From: the human T2T-CHM13v2.0 reference genome, Homo sapiens
Reading direction: 5' to 3' (one strand)
Assembly (NCBI RefSeq): GCF_009914755.1
Contig: NC_060930.1
DNA: 64,000 nucleotides
Below the pieces are notes generated by a model. It made no database searches. It saw only the letters and a list, made by a program, of their open reading frames with translations, and had not been told where the DNA came from. Of this stretch, positions 49,852 to 64,000 are shown piece after piece. How positions within the stretch are numbered: the stretch's first letter is position 1; each line of letters begins with the position of its first letter. A program made the translations under genes and the position numbers.

Positions 49852-52800
49852 AGGCAGCCCTGTTATATAAGCCCAGCTCTGCTGTAAACTAGTCCTTTGT
49901 GGCCTTGGGAAAGTTATACCCTCTCTAAGCCTCAGTTTCTACATCTGTGAAGTGAAAGGGTTGGCGTAAGGGACCTCTCCAAGGTCCATTCTAGCTCCCA
50001 AGTTCTGCAATTATGTGCATCACAAAATAGGAAACCTGGACATATAAGGGAGAATTAAGTGTTGTCAAAAAATGTAAATTATGCAAGTGAGACAATCAGA
50101 CACATGTTTCATGATCCACTTAATTGATATTGCGCTGCATGGTAATTGAGCTTGGAAAGCATGTCCCAATGTGTCAGTGTTATATTCATGTGTAACTTCA
50201 AAATGGAATGTCAGTGTCTGGGGTGGGTGGGAAATCCAAAGGGAAGTTCTAAGAGTGAAGCCTGTTTCCATCTGATAGGTCAAAATACATGAATATGTAC
50301 CCATCTCTCTAGGCAACCATGGTCAACTGTTGAAAACCACTTCTTGCTTTACATCAAAATGTGTTAGTAGAAAACAAAAATACCTTGGGTCAAGCATATC
50401 CCCAAATTCCTAAAGATGGCTCTTTGCTCATTTTTTATGCCCAAAATCTCTAAGAAATTGATCACAGATCCTAATATGGTCAACCACAGGTCTGCAGGTC
50501 ACAACATATCTTTTTGGGCATGGTCTGAAATGCCCAAGGCATCCGAGGAAAAAGACGTGCTTGGTCTATAGACAAAGGCCCCTCAATCGGTGGTGAGACA
50601 ATAGGATTCTACAGTCTTCTTATGACATCCACTTCCCATATATAATCTTGTTAGTAAATGAAACATTAAAGTCTCATGGAGAAAAAAGTCTGCAGTGTCT
50701 GTTTTATGCTATAAACAGATCTCCAGCTGAAATTGCTATGTGCTGAATGACATTGGAGTGGGAGCCACTGGCTTTACCTGCAAGCCTCAGCTTTAGTCCA
50801 GATCTGTTCCACGCAACCCTGGCAATATTACCTCTGTTCTAGAACCATCTGCGACTTGGATGTTCTGCCAAGCAAACAAACCTGCTCTACATCTGTCTGC
50901 CTATCCAGCTCTCTCTCTTTCTGTCTCTCTCCAAGGTCTCTCTTTTTCTAAGTCACCTTTGTTGACAATCATTGCAGCTGGACCAGTGAGAAGGGATAAA
51001 ATAGAAGTCAATAAATAAAGCTCTTCTGGGTTCATTAAGCCTATGACCTACCCTCTGCCCATGCACACTTGATTTCTATCTTCTTAATTTTGACTACACT
51101 GTGTTTGGATGTGGGGAGAACTATTTTTTCACTCTTATTCAAAGACGTGTGACACTATTATTCTTTGTTTCCTTAAAATATGTTGGCATTCTTCTCTCCC
51201 TAGTAGGAGAGCGCCTGCAAGGATCACAAAAGCTTCTGGGGAGAAGCAATAATCTGCTGAATAACCAGGCCCCAGCTGCCAAATGCCACTGGGAAAAGTG
51301 CAAAGGGTGAATTGGGCACCACTCTGAATCATAAACATTATTACAGGCAAAGTGACTGGCTGCTACTTGAGAGTTCTTCTGTACCTAATTGGACCATGCA
51401 GCGTGATACTCCTGGGGACCATTACAGGGATACAGGTGTAGCTTACAATATACAAAAGCTGTGTGTCTGACAATCTACGTGTAAGCCTAACTTTTTACAT
51501 TACTTGGTGTGCTAAGTGTCCTGAGGGAGTTCATTATTTAGAGAACTCCATAAATACTTTTGTAAAATTCACATTCCTCTCCATTTGTGTTTTGTAAATT
51601 TCCCCTCTCTGTCTTTAGAGCACGTCATCAATCTGAACATCCATTTCCCACAAATATAAAGATGGGGGGAAGTCTACACCAGTGCTGAAAAAAAAGGAGG
51701 GCACCCAGCATTTTTAACATTAAGACATTTTGTTAGATAGACCAGAGAAAGCATCACATAAAAGGCTGAATCAGAAATGTGTGTTGGGATTCTCTTTCTT
51801 GAAAAGGTGGCACAGCACTGTGAGAAGAAACAAGAAGAGATTCTGACAGAGCACTGGTTAGAAATCTTCCTAAAATGGACTGAACGCTGGAGGTGAGAGC
51901 AGGCTAGCAAACCAGATAGTGTCTGGTGTCCAGGGCATTCACATTCGGAAGGCACTAAGAAGAGAACCAAGCATAAGTCCTCCATGCCCATGGCCATCTG
52001 GTGGGATGTGAGATGTCTCTCTACATAGCAGGACTCTGATGCCAGAAAAATGCATCCTCTGCTACAAAGGGGGCTTGGAGTGAAGCTAGGGTCAGGGAGA
52101 AGTTCAGAATGAGAACCACTGTCTCTTGCACGATGGCTTCACCCATTGCCAAGCAGCAACCATGCAAGGAAGAACCCCAATAGAGATTGCCCTGTGGCTC
52201 CAGCTCCCTACAAATTTGTGCAGCTGCTGAAAAACACACCTGGTCTAGTACATTTTTAAGAACAAAGCCTTCAGCTTAAGACCGAGGAAAGGAGTCCAAC
52301 CTTTCCCTAATGGTACAGAGATTATTTGAGAACAATTTCCAGGGCGGGCTAGCCCTCCCATCATTCAATGATGAGCAGACCCAAAACTGGCAACATTGGG
52401 CTTATAAGGACTTGGTTAACAAAACAAGAAACATCCAAGAAATAAAGGAAGAAGACGATTTCAAAAAATATTTACTACTGGAAATAGAAACAAGTTTCAG
52501 ACAAGATGTGATTTGCACCTTTGAAGAAGGAGGAGGAAAAAGAAGGGGAGGAGACCCAGACTTAGGCGTGAATGACAAGTAAATGAAAACAAAAAGAAAC
52601 ACCAACTTACAAAAAAAAATTAGGATTTTTTTTCAATGACTGATTTTCCAAAGTATTATTTAAAACTACATTCGATGCAATGAAAAGGAAAAACAGCCTT
52701 TGGAGCATCAAACCAGCAAGTGAAGAACAAACCTGAAAAAGTCTCCCAAAAGGCACTGGAAAAAAGATGAAAAGTATAAACAAATCAGATAGATGCTAAT

Positions 52801-53418
52801 GGATACAGGAGACAAAGTAGGAAGCCAACATAGAGATAGCATGATTGATGCATAGTCAAAGTAAATACCACAGAAGCAATTATTAAAGAAATAATGAAAG
52901 AAAATTTTTCTAAACTGAAGAAATACAGAGTAAACCAACCAACCAACCAACCAACCAACCAAAAACTCACTCTATACAAGAAGAAAAAAATGAAAACTGA
53001 TATAAATATTAATATAAATTAATAAATTAAAGAAAACTTCCATCTATTTATTTACCTTCTGGTGCAACTTTTGAGGTCAAAACAACTCATAAGCATTCAG
53101 TGAGGAGGAAAAGAAATACAGGTAACCAGGTCACCAAGGTGGAAAAAAAATCAGATTTCTGACAATAGAAGAAATAAAACAACTACACAGCTCTAATGGC
53201 AAAGGGTTCTGATACAAAAATTCCAAACTAACCAACTTTCCTACTAAGGTATGAGAGTTAAAAAATAAAAAAGGCATTCTTGGATCCCAAGGAGCAACAA
53301 AAACACAATGTATTTCATAGAATATATTTGAAGAAGCTCCCTAATCAATCAAAAATTTAATTTTAAACAATAAAGAAAAGGGGTAGTTGTGCTTTAAAAC
53401 AGTTCACAATATGGATTC

Positions 53419-53718
53419 AGGCCCAGCACAGGGGCTCATCCCTGTAATCCCAGAACTTTGGGAGGCCGAGGTGGGAGGATTGCTTGAGGCCAAGAGTTTA
53501 AAACCACCCGGGACAACACATCGAGACGTCATCTATAAAAAAAAAAAAAAAAAATCAAGTTAGCCAGGCGTGGGGCTGTGTGCCTGTAGTCCCAGCTACT
53601 TAGGAGGCTGAGGTGGGGGATCCTTTAGAGCCAGGAGGTCAAGGCTGCAGCGAGTTATGATCCCACCAGTGCACTCCAGGCTGCACCACAGAGCAAGACC
53701 CTGTCTCTAGAGAAAAAT
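53419..53718 (+). mobile_element. AluJ
   Basis: Dimer. Confidence 0.88.
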
Positions 53719-54461
53719 ATATACACATATAAGGAGAGCATATAACAAACAACTGAATATCGTTATAAAAAGGAACACAGATATAGATAATCCTTATTAA
53801 GAAAAGTTACATAATATTTAAAAGTAATCATAAACTGGATCAAAACATCTATATGTCTATATCTAACTTTAAAAAAGAAAAGGAGAATTCCAAAGGAGAA
53901 TAAAATGTGTTAATCTTATCTTATACAGGGAGGAGGTATGGTCAGCCAGCTTCCTCACTTTGCTCATACAGAAATATAGGTCATATTTAGTCAAATTTAA
54001 GAAGACAACTAGAAGATTAAATATAAGGTATGAGTATTACAGACAGTAAATCATATCACACAAAATGGAAAATGAGGGAAATATCAAGGAATCATAAAAC
54101 CAAAAGAATAAAAAGATGACAAAAATTAGAATAAGCGTATCAACATTGAAGACAGGTATTAATTCGTTTTGAAAAGCAAAAGAATCTCAGATGGTGTCAT
54201 AAATTAAGAATGCCCTTAGACTATCTGCAAGAAACCCATAAAAGTTACAAGAAGATTGGGGCAAAGGAATACCAGGAAACTGCACATTTAGAAGTGACAG
54301 TTTTACAACTGTTAATACAAAATCAGTATTACATATCTAAAGCATTCAACAGGGGTGAAATTTTTACTGACAAGAGATACATTCCAAAGAATTAAGTCAA
54401 AATTGTATGTGTCAAGATAGTAGAGCATGGAAATATATAAAGAAAATAAAACAGAGATTGA

Positions 54462-54837
<376 letters not shown>

Positions 54838-55287
54838 AGCAGATGAAAATTTAATAAAGATATAGAGAAGTAGGATAAAATCATAAATATGGCAGATCTG
54901 ATGACAAGATAAGCCTGATTAGATTTAATTAGAGCATGCATCTTCTATACAGGGGCTCATGGAACATTAACAAAAATGAATCCTGTATTGGAACATAAAA
55001 TAAATTTTACTACCTTTCAATATTCTGTGACCACAATGCAACAAAACTCATTAATAGACAGAAGTGTAAACAATTCAAATTAACTTGTACATTCAAAAAG
55101 AATTCTTCTAAATAGGTGTAGAGTATAAAAGATAATAAATTATGGAATCACAGACTGAGACAATAAAGATAATGAGAAAATTATGTATCAAAGTGTAGGC
55201 AGCTTACAGTCAGAGGCAAATATCTTTAGTATTTTTATCATTAAGAAAAATTAAAAATAAAAGATCAACTCAATAAATTAGAAAAGG

Positions 55288-55598
<311 letters not shown>

Positions 55599-55662
55599 CT
55601 AAGAAAAGCAATATAAAGGAAAAGCACATAAAACTATCCAAATGTGAGATAAAAATTATTTT

Positions 55663-55975
<313 letters not shown>

Positions 55976-55993
55976 TATTTTAAAAGGCTATTA

Positions 55994-56096
55994 ATTAGCT
56001 AGCAGTAAGTCTATCTTATTTTTGCATATATTTTAAAATATATACAAAATGTTTTAAAATATATACAAAAATAAGATTGACTTACTGCTAGCTAAT
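55994..56096. repeat. 45-bp near-perfect inverted repeat with a 13-nt loop
   Basis: Arms 55994-56038 and 56052-56096, 43/45 complementary. Confidence 0.95.
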
Positions 56097-56224
56097 CTTA
56101 AGTTTCAGAGAACAAACCAAATTAAAAATAAGAAGTGGAATAAATTCACAAATATTGAGAATGTTTTAAATTTTTAAAATATGTAATATTTGACTGTGTT
56201 AACAAAATTTTGAATATAGAAATG

Positions 56225-56545
<321 letters not shown>

Positions 56546-57038
56546 CTAGAAACATTAAAATGCTTTAATATTAATTTAAGAAGTAAAAATCCTGATCAAA
56601 AAAATTATTATAGACAAACTTTTAGGGGTGGGGAGGCTTTCATAATATAACAACCAAAAAATGACATAATTCTAATAACTTTGGGGACAGGTAATTTCAA
56701 AGCTTCCAGGATGCTACATGTGCCTTAATGGGGGCAAAGGTACCCTTCCTTTCTCTCACTTTTCTTTTCTTTGAGGCAACTCAGAGGAGCGATTGTGGAA
56801 ATTTCCGAAGCTGCTATATGTCAGCTTGCCCATTTGTATGGAATTTCATGGTTTTTTTGACAAGTCAGTCTTTTTGTCATCATCGCATCTTGAGAGTAGA
56901 GAGGAAGGGAATGGAAGGGAGAACTGTTACTATCAGAGGCTTCTGGAAATCCCCGCTTGATGGTACATGACTCTTTCTTAAGAATGGTTCTCTTTTATGG
57001 GTTGCCATTTTGGTGACAATTGGTGCACTCAGCTCTAC

Positions 57039-57193
57039 CTCTTGGTGGGCCCCAGTGTACTTCAGCATGATCTCAGTTCTTTCTTTCTCTACCAGTTTCC
57101 ATGATACATACATCCTGAAAATCACAGCATCACCATTCAATAGACAAAAATTATCATTATCAAAGCGGCCAAAAAGGTTTTCTCTTAAATATT
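57039..57193 (-). other. Candidate exon, copy 1 of the tandem duplication (distal donor lost)
   Basis: Same acceptor at 57193. Distal donor is GT>AT (56998), so only GAG|GTAGAG remains. ATTAAA at 56564-56569 (minus) could make it terminal. Confidence 0.35.
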
Positions 57194-57319
57194 CTGTGGG
57201 AAAGAGGGTTGAAAATTAGAATAGAATACTATGTATTTGCCACAGTAAAAGATATCTACCACAAACCAGTAGCCAATATTATATTAAAAGTTAAAAACAA
57301 GAGTCAATGATTAAATTCA

Positions 57320-57638
57320 GGCCACATGCGGTGGCTCATGCCTGTAACCCCAGCACTTTGGGAGGCTGAAGCGGGTGGATCACTTGAGGTCAGGAGTTTG
57401 AGACCAGCCTGGCGAACATGGTGAAACTCCGTCTCTACTAAAAATACAAAAATTAGCCAGGCGTGGTGTTGCATGCCTGTAATCCCAGATACTTGGGAGT
57501 CTGAGGCCGGAGAATCACTTGAGCCTGGGAGGCAGAGGTTGCAATGAGCCAAGATCGTGTGCCACTGCACTCCAGCCTGGGCAACAGAGCAAGACCCTGT
57601 CTTGATAAAATAAAATGAAATAAAATAAAATAATATAA
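57320..57638 (+). mobile_element. Chimeric Alu (AluS 5' / AluJ 3') at the duplication junction
   Basis: Body matches the Alu at 58431; 3' end and tail match the Alu at 56225. Confidence 0.92.
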
Positions 57639-58109
57639 ATACAAATGACAAATTTTCTAGAAACATTAAAATGCTTTAATATTAATTTAAGAAGTAAAAA
57701 TCCTGATCAAAAAAATTATTATAGACAAACTTTTAGGGGTGGGGAGGCTTTCATAATATAACAACCAAAAAATGACATAATTCTAATAACTTTGGGGACA
57801 GGTAATTTCAAAGCTTCCAGGATGCTACATGTGCCTTAATGGGGGCAAAGGTACCCTTCCTTTCTCTCACTTTTCTTCTCCTTGAGGCAACTCAGAGGAG
57901 CGATTGTGGAAATTTCCGAAGCTGCTATATGTCAGCTTGCCCATTTGTATGGAATTTCATGGTTTTTTTGACAAGTCAGTCTTTTTGTCATCATCGCATC
58001 TTGAAAGTAGAGAGGAAAGGAATGGAAGGGAGAACTGTTACTATCAGAGGCTTCTGGAAATCCCCGCTTGATGGTACATGACTCTTTCTTAAGAATGGTT
58101 CTCTTTTAC

Positions 58110-58304
58110 GGGTTGCCATTTTGGTGACAATTGGTGCACTCAGCTCTACCTCTTGGTGGGCCCCAGTGTACTTCAGCATGATCTCAGTTCTTTCTTTCTC
58201 TACCAGTTTCCATGATACATACATCCTGAAAATCACAGCATCACCATTCAATAGACAAAAATTATCATTATCAAAGCGGCCAAAAAGGTTTTCTCTTAAA
58301 TATT
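58110..58304 (-). other. Candidate 195-nt exon, copy 2 of the tandem duplication
   Basis: ttttcaaccctctttcccacAG|AATATTTAAG... Donors CCC|GTAAAA (exon end 58110) or GAG|GTAGAG (exon end 58150). One frame is open throughout. Confidence 0.4.
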
Positions 58305-58430
58305 CTGTGGGAAAGAGGGTTGAAAATTAGAATAGAATACTATGTATTTGCCACAGTAAAAGATACCTACCACAAACCAGTAGCCAATATTATATTAAAA
58401 GTTAAAAACAAGAGTCAATGATTAAATTCA

Positions 58431-58726
58431 GGCTGCATGCGGTGGCTCATGCCTGTAACCCCAGCACTTTGGGAGGCTGAGCGGGTGGATCACTTGAGGT
58501 CAGGAGTTTGAGACCAGCCTGGTGAACATGGTGAAACTCCGTCTCTACTAAAAATACAAAAATTAGCCAGGCATGGTGTTGCATGCCTGTAATCCCAGAT
58601 ATTTGGGAGTCTGTGGCCGGAGAATCACTTGAGCCTGGGAGGCAGAGGTTGCAATGAGCCAAGATCGTGCGCCACTGCACTCCAGCCTGGGTGACAGAGC
58701 AAGACTCTGTCTCAAGAAAAAAAAAA
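58431..58726 (+). mobile_element. AluS (right parent of the duplication)
   Basis: TSD attaaattca. Confidence 0.92.
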
Positions 58727-58866
58727 ATTAAATTCAGGAATAAAGTCAAGTGTATTTGTATCTGCTCTTCCATTATTATTTGGCATACCATCAGGATGCT
58801 GTAGAAGAAATAAAAGTTAAAAATATTAAAATACAGGAGACAAAATTATCATTATTGGAAATGTTA

Positions 58867-59262
<396 letters not shown>

Positions 59263-59479
59263 TTATAATATATTATATACTATATATAAAATATTTTATA
59301 TATTTATATAAAATATATTATATAATGTATAATATAAAATTATATATATTATATATTAATAATTATATATAATGGTCAGTTACTAGAAGATATACATATA
59401 CCCCTCCACACACACTTACATAGACATACTAATAGTTTTCCTAAAACGCAATGATAATCAGGTGAAAATTTCCCTTATA

Positions 59480-59808
59480 CAGTAGTCTCCCCATAGCCAC
59501 GGTTTTGCTTTCCATGGTTTTATTTATTGGTCAATTTGCTGTCTGAAAATAGGCGAGTACAGTACAAGAAGATATTTGGAGACTGAGAGAGATCACATCC
59601 ACATAACTTTTATTATAGTATATTTTTATATAAGTATTTTATTTGATTATTAGTTATTGTTGTTAATCTCTAATTTATACATTGAATTTTATCATGGTGT
59701 GTACGTACAGGAAAAAACACAATCTATATAGGGTTTGGTACTAACTGGCAGTTTCAGGAATCCACCAGGGGTATGGAACATGCCCCCAGTTGATCGGGGG
59801 GACTACTG
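59480..59808. mobile_element. MER44A-like (TcMar-Tigger) non-autonomous DNA transposon
   Basis: TIRs cagtagtctcccc / gggggactactg, TA target duplications, ~330 bp. Confidence 0.85.
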
Positions 59809-60216
59809 TATAAGGAAAATAAAGATTAAGTGCACAATTATAACCAACACTGTAAAATCTCTAAAGAAAACAAGAACTGCTCAGATTCTATAAAAACAGA
59901 AAATGCATTACTAAAAAACTAAAGGAAAAACATTGTGCATGGATCAAAAATTACAAGAGTTCAGTAAAGACTTCCATTCTCTCTGAATTGATATCTAATC
60001 TATTAAATTAAATTTTATTTTGAAAAGATGTTTTAAAATCTGACTAAATTAGTCTATGTACACATGAAAGAATAAATAGACTAAAAATAGCTAATAAATG
60101 CTGAAAAAAAATATATGAAAGAATCTAATTATATTAAAATCTTCTAAACTCATAGAATCAAAAGCAAAATAGAAAAAAAACAAATATCAAGATAACAGAA
60201 TATAAGGCTTAGAAAT

Positions 60217-60495
<279 letters not shown>

Positions 60496-60754
60496 TTATT
60501 AGTACTTAATAAAGATGATGTCTCCTCTCAGTGGGGCAAAAGACTAATAAATACATAATGTGAGAACAACTGATCTAATATTTGACAAAAGTTCATTGAA
60601 TCCTCATGTCTAAGATCGCACATCAAAATAAACGATAAATATAAACTATGAGATAATAAAGAACTACAATAAATTGTGGGTAAATAGTTATCTGACCCTA
60701 GTGAATGGAAGGCTTTTCTAGGTATAAAAGCAAAAAAAAAAATTAAAAAAAAAT

Positions 60755-61110
60755 TGCAGCCATAAAAAAGAATGAGATCATGTCCTTTACAGGGACATGG
60801 ATGAAGCTGGAAACCATCATTCTCAGCAAACTAACCCAGGAACAGAAAACCAAACACCGCATGTTCTCACTCATAAGTGGGAGTTTAACATTGAGAACAC
60901 ATGGACACAGAGAGGGGAACATCACACACCGGGGCCTGTCGGAGGGAGGGACAAGGGGAGGAAGAGTGTTAAGACAAATACCGAATGCATGCAGGGCTTA
61001 AAACCTAGATGACAGGTTGATAGGTACAGCAAACCACTATGGCACATGTATACCTATGTAACAAACCTGCAAGTTCTGCACGTGTATCCCAGAACTTAAA
61101 GTAAAACAAA
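60755..61110 (+). mobile_element. L1PA 3' end fragment
   Basis: gcagccataaaaaagaatgagatcatgtcc...catgttctcactcataagtgggag...cccagaacttaaagtaaaa. Confidence 0.92.
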
Positions 61111-61127
61111 CAAAACAAAAGAATTCA

Positions 61128-61462
<335 letters not shown>

Positions 61463-62379
61463 TTATTAATATGCTTGACTACACAGATATTTTGATTTTG
61501 TAAATAAAAATCAACGTAAGTAAAATTCAAAGGAAAATATCAAAGTGGGAAAAATATTTCCAATACCATTAAACAAAGAGTTAATATCCTTAATACAAAA
61601 TAAATACATGTAATTGTGAGTAAAAGGAAAAACTTTCTAAGACAAAAATAAGCAATGAACACGAATGGCCAATTTAAAAAAGAAATGTAAAAAACAGAGA
61701 AACATAAGGAAAATATCCACCCTCACTTGAAACTACACTAAAAAAAGCAAATTAAAACAAGATATAATTTTTAACTTATCAAATTGGCAGAGTTTTTGTT
61801 TGTTTCTTTTTTTTTTAATTACAGTACTTAGTGTTGTCCAGAGTGCAGACACATGAACGTTCTTTGTCATGGTTGGCAAGTGCTCAAGAAGAGTAATTTA
61901 ATAACACATATCAAAAGCCTTATAAAGGGCCTTACTATTTGAGCCACCAGCTCTAGTTCTGGAAATTTATCCTAAGGAAACAACCAGAGATGTTGAAAAA
62001 AGATATATATGTTCAAGAAGTCCAGCACAGCATCACTAAACGATAGCACAATATCTGGAAAATTAAATGCTAGATAAATAGATTATGGATGGAAATTACA
62101 GTATCTATGAGTGATGTAAAACTTACGATAGGCCCTAAGATCACACTGTGTGGGCTTGAAAATCACACAGCAGCATGTTTACAATATACAGACCCCTGGT
62201 AAATATCAGGCAGCTAGCTCACAAACAGTAAATCAGCATGATCCCAGTTAAAAAATCTATATGACTAGAGACACTAAAAATGTTCATATTTATCGTATGC
62301 GTGATCTGCTCTGCATTCTTTTCTGTATTTCCAGTTTTTCTAAATGAATATATACATCCCTTCTGTGATCAGGGAAACA

Positions 62380-62780
62380 ATAAACAATTTCTGGGGCATG
62401 CCCTGGAGTCAGACTGCTTGGATTCAAATCATAGCTCTATAGCCATGCGTGGCAACATGCACTATAGTCCCAGCTACACAGGAGGCTGAGGGGCAAGGAT
62501 CGCTTGAGCCCAGGAGTTGGAGGCCAGCCTGAGCAACATAATGAGACTCCGTCTCTAAGGGAAAAAAAAAAAGAAAAAAAAAAAACATAGCTCTATCACT
62601 TTAAGATCTGCCACCTTGGGCAAGTTGCTTATCCTCTCTGAGCCTCAACTTCCTGTTCTGTCAAATGGGGCTAATAACACTATGCTGTTGGGCTGCTGTG
62701 GCAATTGAATTTTACATGTATGTAAAGCACTTAGTACAGCATCTGGACCATAATAAGAGCTCATTATATATTAGTATTAT
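62380..62780 (+). mobile_element. MIR interrupted by an Alu monomer (FLAM-like, ~62441-62585, TSD catagctctat)
   Basis: ctggagtcagactgcttggattcaaatc...accttgggcaagttgcttatcctctctgagcctcaacttcct. Confidence 0.8.
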
Positions 62781-62914
62781 TTTGATTTTAAAACAATAAC
62801 CCCCCTCAACCAAACTTTTACAGTAGGAGAAACCTTGATCTTATTTCTATGCTAGAGGAAAAGCAGTAGTCTTCAAAGGCTGTAAACACAAAATGTTAAA
62901 TATTCACATACATA

Positions 62915-62938
62915 TTCTCTCTCTCTCTCTCTGTCTCT

Positions 62939-62980
<42 letters not shown>
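62915..62980. repeat. (CT)n(CA)n microsatellite
   Basis: Read directly from sequence. Confidence 0.95.
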
Positions 62981-62983
<3 letters not shown>

Positions 62984-64000
62984 TATGTGAATATTTAACA
63001 TAACTATAATTTCCAACCATAATCTATTTATCTAGCATTCAATTCTCCAGATATTGTGCTATCGTTTAGTGATGCTGTGCTGGACTTCTTGAACATATAT
63101 ATCTTTTTTCAACATCTCTGGTTGTTTCCTTAGGACAAATTTCTCTGTCTCTCTCTCTCTCACACACACATACACACACAGACAGAGAGAGAGAGATGAA
63201 GATTCTCATATCCTAGGATCCTAAGAAATTGGGGCAATCTTTAATATGCATCTTTAAGGAGATCATCTGAGTTTGGTCAACCCAAGTCGAAGAGGTACGT
63301 TATATAAAGAAGCTAGATGATCTAAGAAAACAGAGGTTGTTGATCATCAGTTGGCCCATATATGCCCCCCCAAAAGGCTTTAGCCCTCCATGGCACAGGT
63401 GTATTTACAGCTGGGTGTGCAAAGTGCCAAGGAGGATGCCACTGGGTTTCAGAAGGAGCCCCAGAAAGGGAGTCAGGCTGCATAAGTTCTAGGACCCCCA
63501 CCTACTCCGCTGGCCAGCACCACATGTGGTCCCACAGGACTACACTCTCCTCTATAAGCAAAGGAGAACTCTCTGGGGCCCTTTCTAGATCTGAGGTCCT
63601 ACTAAAAAGGGTGACAACCTCAGCTCTGAACATTAGTTGTTTTATTTCAACTCCAAAGTGGGCTTCTACATCCCGAAACAAATGAAAGAAAATTAAAAGA
63701 TAAATAAAGCATTCCTGGCATCCATGAAAGCATTTGCTTTCCCTGTTCATGTTATTTCAGTAAATCTAGCAGTGTAGAAAGAGACAAATGAGCGCAGATT
63801 ACAAGGCAGCACCTGTTCGGAGCCCAAGGTCATTAGATGCCATTAGCAATGGCATAAAGACACATGCATTTAGGAGATAACGCAGCTCAGTGGGTTATTG
63901 CATCCTTCCTTCTTGACACCTTGTCGGCTGCTCTCACAGACCTGCTTCAGTCTCAGAGCCCAGACAATAGCACTAAACACGGCAAGGGCGTTAGCTGCAA

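Noticed and set aside
60780-61012. ORFs resembling the L1 ORF2 C-terminus (MSFTGTWMKLETIILSKL)
   Set aside because: Truncated L1PA 3' remnant; non-functional.

Overview
Human genomic DNA (a human-specific AluYb8 lies at 55663-55975). The window is almost entirely intronic and rich in repeats: about 37 Alus, old L1M fragments, L2, MIR, a solo LTR12F, MLT1 and MER44/Tigger. No protein-coding exon is evident. The supplied ORFs are mostly Alu-, L1- or microsatellite-derived or chance ORFs. One well-formed 128-nt minus-strand exon (28456-28583) matches, from my memory and not from a database search, a non-coding 5'UTR exon of ATXN1 (ataxin-1/SCA1, 6p22). That would place the window in the large 5'UTR introns of ATXN1, transcribed on the minus strand. 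The most notable structures are: (i) a young ~1.1-kb Alu-Alu-mediated tandem duplication with a chimeric junction Alu, which duplicates a candidate symmetric exon whose distal donor survives in only one copy; (ii) an older complex templated rearrangement at 47.8-50.2 kb (inverted duplication, a 59-bp copy from 5 kb away and a fold-back junction) carrying an Alu-spacer-Alu insert inside a single TSD; (iii) a sense-oriented LTR12F with CCAAT boxes and a splice donor, plus a strong exon candidate at 39.7 kb; (iv) a stop-in-all-frames then start-in-all-frames layout in the 5'UTR exon; (v) several fold-back palindromes. I see no evidence for a wholly new multi-gene system. The candidates are regulatory and evolutionary. 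Repeat boundaries and subfamilies were called by eye and are approximate.
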